NCBI GenBank assembly: GCA_963708025.1 | Contig: CAVPSB010000012.1 | Coordinates: forward strand, 64,001-128,000 | Direction: 5' to 3' | DNA length: 64,000 nucleotides | From: an uncultured Candidatus Rokubacteria bacterium | Lineage (GTDB): Bacteria; Methylomirabilota; Methylomirabilia; Rokubacteriales; DASRDR01 | In this document: piece by piece, positions 57,947 through 64,000 of the stretch | Position numbering within the stretch: position 1 is the stretch's first letter | Layout: each line of letters opens with the position of its first letter | Made by a program: the position numbers and the translations under genes | The notes under the pieces: model-generated | The model's database searches: none | What the model was told of the DNA's origin: nothing | The model's input: the letters and a program-made list of their open reading frames with translations, nothing else

Positions 57947-59113
57947 GTGAAGGCCGTCACCGTGCTGGGCTCGACGGGGTCCGTCGGTCGGCGGACCCTC
58001 GAGCTGATTGCCGGGTTCCCCGACGAATTTCGCGTGGGGGGCCTGGCCGCCCGCGGGTCGAACGTCGCGCTCGTCGCCGAGCAGGTCCGGCTCCATCGTC
58101 CGGACGCCGTCGCGTTGCTCGATCCGGTCGCCGCCGACACCCTCGCCCGCGCGCTGCCCGAGCCCCGGCCGGAGCTCCTGGCCGGGCCCGAGGGCCTCGT
58201 CGCCCTCGCCGCCTCGGTGAAGGCGGACGTCGTCGTCTCGGCGCTGGTGGGCGGGGCCGGCCTCTTGCCGACGCTCGCCGCGATTCGCGCCGGCCGCACG
58301 GTGGCCCTGGCCAACAAGGAGACGCTGGTGATGGCCGGCGCCCTCATGACGGCGGCGGCCCGCGAGCACGGCGTGGCGCTCCTCCCCGTGGACTCGGAGC
58401 ACAGCGCCATCTTCCAGTGCCTCGCCGGTGGCCGGATGAGCGAGGTCAAGCGACTCGTCCTGACGGCATCGGGTGGCCCGTTCGCCAGGCTCTCGGCGGA
58501 GGCCCTGGAGGGGGTCACCGTCGCCCAGGCGCTCCAGCACCCCACGTGGCGAATGGGGGCAAAGATCACCATCGACTCCGCCACGCTGATGAACAAGGGC
58601 CTCGAAGTGATCGAGGCCCACTGGCTCTTCGGCGCGCCGTTCGAGCGGGTGGACGTGGTCATCCACCCCCAGTCGATCGTCCACTCCATGGTCGAGTTCA
58701 TCGACGGCTCGGTGCTGGCTCAGCTGGGTATGCCGGACATGGGCATTCCGATCCTGTACGCGCTGAGCCATCCCTACCGGCTGCCCTGTCCGGCCCCGAC
58801 GCTCGATCTGGTGAAGGTCGGGGCCTTGACCTTCGACGCGCCCGACACCATCCGGTTCCCCTGTCTCCGGCTGGCCCGGGAGGCGGGGGTGGCCGGCGGG
58901 GCGGCACCCGTCGTGCTGAACGCCGCCAACGAGGTCGCGGTGGCGGCCTTCCTGGACGGCGGCTGTGGCTTCATGGACATTCCGCGGCTGATCGGGGAAG
59001 CGCTCGACCGGCACGCGGCCGCAACGGCGATTGATCTCGAAAGCTGTCTCGCGGTCGATGCCGAGGTGCGCCGCTGGACGGGAGCCGCTGTCGCCGGGAG
59101 AATGACGTCGTGA
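57947..59113 (+). CDS. dxr: 1-deoxy-D-xylulose 5-phosphate reductoisomerase
   Basis: LGSTGSVG, LANKE, PVDSEHSA, HPTW.MG.KITIDSAT, NAANE. Confidence 0.96.
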   Translation: MKAVTVLGSTGSVGRRTLELIAGFPDEFRVGGLAARGSNVALVAEQVRLHRPDAVALLDPVAADTLARALPEPRPELLAGPEGLVALAASVKADVVVSALVGGAGLLPTLAAIRAGRTVALANKETLVMAGALMTAAAREHGVALLPVDSEHSAIFQCLAGGRMSEVKRLVLTASGGPFARLSAEALEGVTVAQALQHPTWRMGAKITIDSATLMNKGLEVIEAHWLFGAPFERVDVVIHPQSIVHSMVEFIDGSVLAQLGMPDMGIPILYALSHPYRLPCPAPTLDLVKVGALTFDAPDTIRFPCLRLAREAGVAGGAAPVVLNAANEVAVAAFLDGGCGFMDIPRLIGEALDRHAAATAIDLESCLAVDAEVRRWTGAAVAGRMTS

Positions 59114-60561
59114 GCATCATGGTGAGTGCAGTCCTGGTCGTGGGCGCCCTCCAGCTTTTCGGCGGGGGGGCGTTCCCCGGTTCGACGGTGGTGGTGAGCC
59201 TCATCGCCCTGGGCGTCCTCATCTTCATCCATGAGCTGGGCCATTTCCTGGTTGCCAAGGCGGTCGGCGTCGGCGTGGAGCGGTTCTCTCTCGGCTTCGG
59301 GCCCCGTCTCTGGTCTTTTCGTCGCGGGGAGACCGAATACTGCATCTCGGTGGTGCCGCTCGGCGGGTACGTCAAGATGGTCGGGGAGGAGGCCCACGGC
59401 GAGGACGCGATCCACCCGGGAGCCGCGACGCCCGGGGAGGTGCGGAGCGATCCCCGGAAGTCGTTTGCCCTGAAGCCGCTCTGGACTCGGGCCCTCATCG
59501 TCTTCGCCGGCCCCGCCATGAACTTCGTCCTGGCCGCCGTGATCTTCGCGGCCATTTCCCTGGCCGTCGGTGTCGCGGTCCCGCCCAACGCCGTCGTGGG
59601 CCGCGTCCTCCCCGAGTCGCCGGCCGTGGCCGCCGGCCTGCAGCCGGGCGACCAGGTGGCGGCGGTGAACGGCCAGCCGATCCGGTACTGGAGCCAGATC
59701 GAGGAGGCGGTCGCCCGATCGAACGGGCAGCCACTCACCCTGACGGTGATCCGGGAGGGTCAGCGGCAGCAAGTGTCGGTCGCGGCACGGCGGATGCCGA
59801 GCCGCACGCCGTTCGGCGAGCCGACCGAGGTCTGGGGCCTCGGAGCCACGCCCTACCTCCCGCCGGTGGTCGGCGGGCTGCGCCCGGGCATGCCGGCCGC
59901 CGAAGCGGGCCTGCGGCCAGGGGATCGCATCCTGGCCATCGACGGGCAGCCCATCCGGACGTGGGACGAGATGGCGGAGCTCATCAGCAAGCGCGCCGGG
60001 GAGCGGGTGGCGCTGACCATCGAGCGGAGCGGTCAGCGTCTCGAGATCGCGGTGACGCCGCAGGCGGTGACGGAGCGGGATCCGCTCGGTCGCGAGACGA
60101 AGGTGGGACGGATCGGGATCGAGCTGCCCCAGACCTTCGAGCGGACCGACCCCCTGTCGGCGATCGCCCGGGGCGTCCAGCGGACCTGGGACGTGTCGGT
60201 GCTGACGCTCCTGTCGTTCTGGAAGCTCTTGACCGGGATCATCCCGGCCTCCAACATCGGCGGGCCCCTCCAGATCGGCATGGCCGCCGGCCAGGCGGCC
60301 CAGGAAGGGTTCGGCCCGTACGCCTTCCTGGTCGGCGTCATCAGCATCAACCTGGCCATCCTGAACCTGCTGCCGGTGCCGATGCTCGACGGCGGCCACC
60401 TGCTCTTCTTCGCCATCGAGGCCGTGATGGGACGCGCGCTCTCGGTCCGGAAGCGGGAGATCGCCCAGCAGATCGGGCTCGCGCTCCTGCTCCTGCTCAT
60501 GGTGTTCGCCCTCGGCAACGACCTCCTCCGCCTCCCGCTGGTGGACAAGCTCTTCAAATAG
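59110..60561 (+). CDS. rseP: RIP metalloprotease RseP (two PDZ domains)
   Basis: HELGH, AGPAMN, NLLPVPMLDGG. Confidence 0.94.
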   Translation: MSIMVSAVLVVGALQLFGGGAFPGSTVVVSLIALGVLIFIHELGHFLVAKAVGVGVERFSLGFGPRLWSFRRGETEYCISVVPLGGYVKMVGEEAHGEDAIHPGAATPGEVRSDPRKSFALKPLWTRALIVFAGPAMNFVLAAVIFAAISLAVGVAVPPNAVVGRVLPESPAVAAGLQPGDQVAAVNGQPIRYWSQIEEAVARSNGQPLTLTVIREGQRQQVSVAARRMPSRTPFGEPTEVWGLGATPYLPPVVGGLRPGMPAAEAGLRPGDRILAIDGQPIRTWDEMAELISKRAGERVALTIERSGQRLEIAVTPQAVTERDPLGRETKVGRIGIELPQTFERTDPLSAIARGVQRTWDVSVLTLLSFWKLLTGIIPASNIGGPLQIGMAAGQAAQEGFGPYAFLVGVISINLAILNLLPVPMLDGGHLLFFAIEAVMGRALSVRKREIAQQIGLALLLLLMVFALGNDLLRLPLVDKLFK

Positions 60562-60569
60562 AGGTGCAC

Positions 60570-61685
60570 ATGACGACCGGCGGCTTCCTCGGATCGCGTC
60601 GGCGGACCCGCCCGCTCCAGCTCGCCAAGGTGCAGGTGGGGGGCGAGGCGCCGATCACCGTCCAGTCCATGACGAAGACGGACACCCGGGACGTGGAGGC
60701 GACCGTCGACCAGATCTGGGCGCTCGAGGCCGCCGGCTGCGAGATCGTCCGGTTGGCGGTTCCGGTCAAGGAGGCCGCCGAGAAGCTCGCCGCCATCAAG
60801 AAGCAGATCCGCATTCCCCTGGTGGCCGACATCCACTTCAACTACAAGCTCGCGCTCATCGCCCTCGAGCAGGGCGTCGACGGCCTCCGGCTGAATCCGG
60901 GCAACATCGGCGGCAAGCCGTTCGTCATGGAGGTCGTCGGCCTGGCCAAGGAGCGACAGATCCCCATCCGGATCGGCGTCAACGCCGGCTCGCTGGAGAA
61001 GGACCTCCTGGCCCGCGACAACGGTCCGACCGCGCGCGGCATGGTCGATTCGGCCCTCCGCCACATCCGGATCCTCGAGGACTGCGGCTACCCGGAGATG
61101 AAGATCTCGCTCAAGGCCTCGGATCCCGCGATGATGATCGAGGCCTACCGGATGCTGGCCGACCAGGTGGACTACCCCTTCCACCTCGGGGTGACGGAGG
61201 CCGGCACGCCGACCGTGGGCGCCATCAAGTCCTCGGTCGGCATCGGGACCCTCCTCGCGGAAGGGATCGGGGACACCATCCGCGTCTCGCTCTCGGCCGA
61301 CCCGGTGGAAGAAGTGCGGGTCGGGCTGGAGATCCTGAAGGCGCTGGGGCTGCGGAAGCAGGGGATCACCTTCGTCTCGTGCCCGGGCTGCGGGCGGATG
61401 GACGTGGACCTGGTGGGGCTGGCGGCGGCCGTGGAGAAGCGGATGGCCGGGGTCGGGAAGAGCATCCACGTGGCGGTGATGGGCTGTGAAGTGAACGGGC
61501 CCGGCGAAGCGCGCGGGGCCGACGTTGGCGTGGCGGGCGGCCGCGGGATCGGCCTCATCTTCCGGAGCGGCGAGGTGGTCCGCAAGGTGCCGGAGGCCCA
61601 GATCGTCAACGCCCTGTGGGAGGAGGCCCAGATCTTCCTTGCCGAGCGGGAGGCGGCCGAGAAGGCCGCCCAGCCGGAGGGCTAA
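60570..61685 (+). CDS. ispG: HMBPP synthase
   Basis: VQSMT, ADIHF, RLNPGNIG, HLGVTEAG, SCPGCGR, MGCEVNGPGE. Confidence 0.96.
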   Translation: MTTGGFLGSRRRTRPLQLAKVQVGGEAPITVQSMTKTDTRDVEATVDQIWALEAAGCEIVRLAVPVKEAAEKLAAIKKQIRIPLVADIHFNYKLALIALEQGVDGLRLNPGNIGGKPFVMEVVGLAKERQIPIRIGVNAGSLEKDLLARDNGPTARGMVDSALRHIRILEDCGYPEMKISLKASDPAMMIEAYRMLADQVDYPFHLGVTEAGTPTVGAIKSSVGIGTLLAEGIGDTIRVSLSADPVEEVRVGLEILKALGLRKQGITFVSCPGCGRMDVDLVGLAAAVEKRMAGVGKSIHVAVMGCEVNGPGEARGADVGVAGGRGIGLIFRSGEVVRKVPEAQIVNALWEEAQIFLAEREAAEKAAQPEG

Positions 61686-61703
61686 GAACCATGCAGCAAT
61701 CAG

Positions 61704-61791
61704 TTCCTCCGGCCCCCCTCCCCCCAGTGGGTGGGGGAGGGGGCCAAAGGCCGAAGGCCGTCGACGGATCGGGTGGGCGGGAGGTCCCGAA
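61704..61791 (+). repeat. Family A repeat with one inserted 21-nt unit (61744-61764)
   Basis: TTCCTCCGGCCCCCCTCCCCCC...GGGGGAGGGGG[CCAAAGGCCGAAGGCCGTCGA]...GGGCGGGAGGTCCCGAA. Confidence 0.8.
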
Positions 61792-61799
61792 TTAAGGCG

Positions 61800-62138
61800 G
61801 TGGGCCAGTATCAGAAGCACGTCTTCGTCTGCACGACCGGGGGCACCTGTCCCACCCAGGGAGACACCGAGGCCTTCGTGAAGGAGATGCGGGCGGCGAT
61901 CTCGAAGGCCGGCCTCCACACGGCGATCCGCGTCAACAAGTCCGGCTGCTTCTCCCAGTGCGGGAACGGCCCGATGGTCGTCGTCTACCCCGAGGACGTC
62001 TGGTACGCCGGGGTCAAGGCGGAGGACCTCGAGGAGATCGTCCAGTCGCATCTGCTCGGCGGCAAACCGGTCGAGCGGCTCCTCTACCGCCCGGGCAAGC
62101 CGGGTCCGAACGTCATCGTTTCCAAGGACAAGCACTGA
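61800..62138 (+). CDS. Thioredoxin-like (2Fe-2S) ferredoxin
   Basis: HVFVC......C, SGCFSQCGNGPMVVVYPE.VWY, H..GGKPVERL. Confidence 0.88.
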   Translation: MGQYQKHVFVCTTGGTCPTQGDTEAFVKEMRAAISKAGLHTAIRVNKSGCFSQCGNGPMVVVYPEDVWYAGVKAEDLEEIVQSHLLGGKPVERLLYRPGKPGPNVIVSKDKH

Positions 62139-62165
62139 TTTCGGGCCGGACCAGGCGTCTCGACC

Positions 62166-63875
62166 ATGCGGTGGAGTAAGTCCTTCATTCCGACCCTCCG
62201 CGAAGACCCGGCCGACGCCGAGGCGGCGAGCCACCGCCTCATGGTCCGGGCGGGGCTCGTCCGCCAGCTCACCGCGGGCGTCTATGTGTACCTGCCCCTC
62301 GGCCAGCGCGTCATCGACCGGGTCAACGCGGTCATCCGTGAAGAGATGAACGCGATCGGCGGCCAGGAGATCACCATGCCGGTGCTGCAGCCGGCCGAGC
62401 TCTGGCAGCAGTCCGGCCGCTGGTACGACATCAAGGACGAGATGTTCCGGCTGAAGGACCGGCACGGCCGCGACATGTGTCTCGGGATGACCCACGAAGA
62501 GGTGATCGCCTGGCTCGCCTCCAGGGACATCCGCTCCTACCGGGAGCTGCCGCAGGTCTGGTACCAGATCCAGACCAAGGAGCGGGACGAGGCGCGCCCG
62601 CGGTCGGGCGTGCTCCGGACGCGCGAGTTCTGGATGAAGGACGCCTACACGCTCGACGCGGACGAGGCCGGGCTGGCGGCCGCCTACGAGCGCCAGAAGG
62701 AGGCGTACGTCCGGATCTTCCGCCGATGCGGGCTCGTCTTCCACGTCGTCGAGTCCGACCCCGGCATGATGGGAGGCGCCGGCGCCCACGAGTTCATGGC
62801 CCCCAGCGCGGCCGGCGAGGACGAGATCGCCCTCTGTGCGGCGTGCGGCTACGCGGCCAACGTCGAGCTGGCCGGATCCCGGCCCATCGTCCCGGCGTCC
62901 CCGGACGGGCAGGGCGCGCGGGCCGAGGTCGCGACCCCCAACGTCCGAACGATCGCCGACGTGTGCGCGCTCCTGGGGGTCGAGCCGACCCGGACGATCA
63001 AGACGCTCGTCTTCGCCACCCCCACCGGCCCCGCGCTGGTCCTCGTCCGCGGAGACCAGCAGGTCCACGAGAAGAAGCTGGCGCGTCTCCTGGGTGGGGA
63101 GGTCCGGCCGGCGCACCCCGACGAGGTCCAGGACGCGCTGGGGGCCGCGGTCGGCTCGGTCGGCCCGGTGGGTGTCCGGCTGCGCATCCTGGCCGACGAG
63201 AGCCTGCGCGAGGGCGTGTACGTCTGCGGCGCGAACCGTGACGGGTATCACCTCACCGGCGTGCGACCCGGTCGCGACTTCACCGTGGTGCAGTACGCCG
63301 ACCTCCACCTGGCGCAAGCCGGCGAGGGGTGCCCCCACTGCGGCGCGCCCCTGCGGGTCGAGCGCGTGATCGAGATCGGGAACATCTTCAAGCTCGGCAC
63401 CAAGTACTCGGTTCCGCTCCGTGCGGTGTACCTGGACGAGTCCGGCCAGGAGCGGCCGATCGTCATGGGCTCGTACGGGATCGGACCGGCCCGCATCGCG
63501 GCCGCCGCCATCGAGCAACGCCACGACGCGAACGGCATCGTCTGGCCGTGGTCGATCGCGCCCTGTCAGGTGCACGTGCTCCCGGTGAACGTGAAAGACC
63601 AGACCGTCCGGACCACCGCCGAGCGGCTGTACGGGGAGCTGGCCGGCGCCGGATTCGACGTCCTGTTCGACGACCGCGACGAGCGCCCGGGGGTCAAGTT
63701 CAAGGACGCGGACCTCCTCGGGGTGCCCATCCGCGTGACGGTCGGCGCCCTGCTCGCGAAGGAGGGGCGCGTCGAGGTGCGGGCGCGCCGCGAGAAGCAG
63801 GATCAGAAGGTCGCGCCCGAAGAGGTCGTCGCCGCCGTCCGCGAGTTGGCCCGCCGGCTCGCCGAGGACTCCTAG
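62166..63875 (+). CDS. proS: Proline--tRNA ligase
   Basis: SHRLMVRAG, THEE, RDEARPR, IFKLGTKYS, MGSYGIG, PGVKFKDADL. Confidence 0.97.
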   Translation: MRWSKSFIPTLREDPADAEAASHRLMVRAGLVRQLTAGVYVYLPLGQRVIDRVNAVIREEMNAIGGQEITMPVLQPAELWQQSGRWYDIKDEMFRLKDRHGRDMCLGMTHEEVIAWLASRDIRSYRELPQVWYQIQTKERDEARPRSGVLRTREFWMKDAYTLDADEAGLAAAYERQKEAYVRIFRRCGLVFHVVESDPGMMGGAGAHEFMAPSAAGEDEIALCAACGYAANVELAGSRPIVPASPDGQGARAEVATPNVRTIADVCALLGVEPTRTIKTLVFATPTGPALVLVRGDQQVHEKKLARLLGGEVRPAHPDEVQDALGAAVGSVGPVGVRLRILADESLREGVYVCGANRDGYHLTGVRPGRDFTVVQYADLHLAQAGEGCPHCGAPLRVERVIEIGNIFKLGTKYSVPLRAVYLDESGQERPIVMGSYGIGPARIAAAAIEQRHDANGIVWPWSIAPCQVHVLPVNVKDQTVRTTAERLYGELAGAGFDVLFDDRDERPGVKFKDADLLGVPIRVTVGALLAKEGRVEVRARREKQDQKVAPEEVVAAVRELARRLAEDS

Positions 63876-63927
63876 CCCCGCCTGCCCGTCCGGTCGTTTC
63901 CGGGTTCCCCGGCCCGACCTCCCACGG

Positions 63928-63972
63928 TATACTATGCTGTTGGCGAAAGTGGGCCTTGCCCACTCTTTTTTG
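63928..63972 (+). promoter_or_regulatory. -10 element plus rimP-leader-like hairpin/terminator
   Basis: TATACT at 63928; AGTGGGC-ctt-GCCCACT followed by CTTTTTT; ATG at 63985 (gene runs off the window, rimP expected by synteny). Confidence 0.6.
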
Positions 63973-64000
63973 TTGAGGAACCGAATGATCGGTGGAGGTG

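Noticed and set aside
60033-63575. Long antisense ORFs (1180 aa here and many similar)
   Set aside because: Stop-poor shadow frames of high-GC genes, with no recognisable motifs.

Overview
A very GC-rich bacterial chromosome segment in which all recognisable genes but one lie on the + strand. Gene content (many Tat-signal ABC binding proteins) and the rplM-rpsI-argC-argJ-rpsB-tsf-pyrH-frr-uppS-cdsA-dxr-rseP-ispG-proS-(rimP) order fit a Rokubacteria/Methylomirabilota-like soil organism, but that is inference only. Positions 1 to ~43.6 kb form a catabolic and transport region: a hcmB-hcl-hcmA 2-hydroxyisobutyrate (2-HIBA) activation/mutase cluster, a GntR regulator, four ABC importers, CoA-transferase/ligases, Mo-hydroxylase subunits, MmgE/PrpD proteins, a hydantoinase/oxoprolinase pair, a vapBC module inside an ABC operon, and an atypical nitrilase. 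Positions ~44-64 kb are mostly housekeeping. The most unusual signal is non-coding: a hierarchy of intergenic repeats in which a 21-nt hairpin unit (CCA[C/A]AGGCCGAAGGCCGTC[G/C][A/G], 10 copies) is inserted cleanly into larger G/C-tract and palindromic scaffolds. The ends of these scaffolds repeatedly supply Shine-Dalgarno, start or stop signals to neighbouring genes. At least 8 genes carry small indels that look like long-read assembly errors. I saw no CRISPR array, tRNA, rRNA or transposase. Homology calls come from motif recognition, not database searches.
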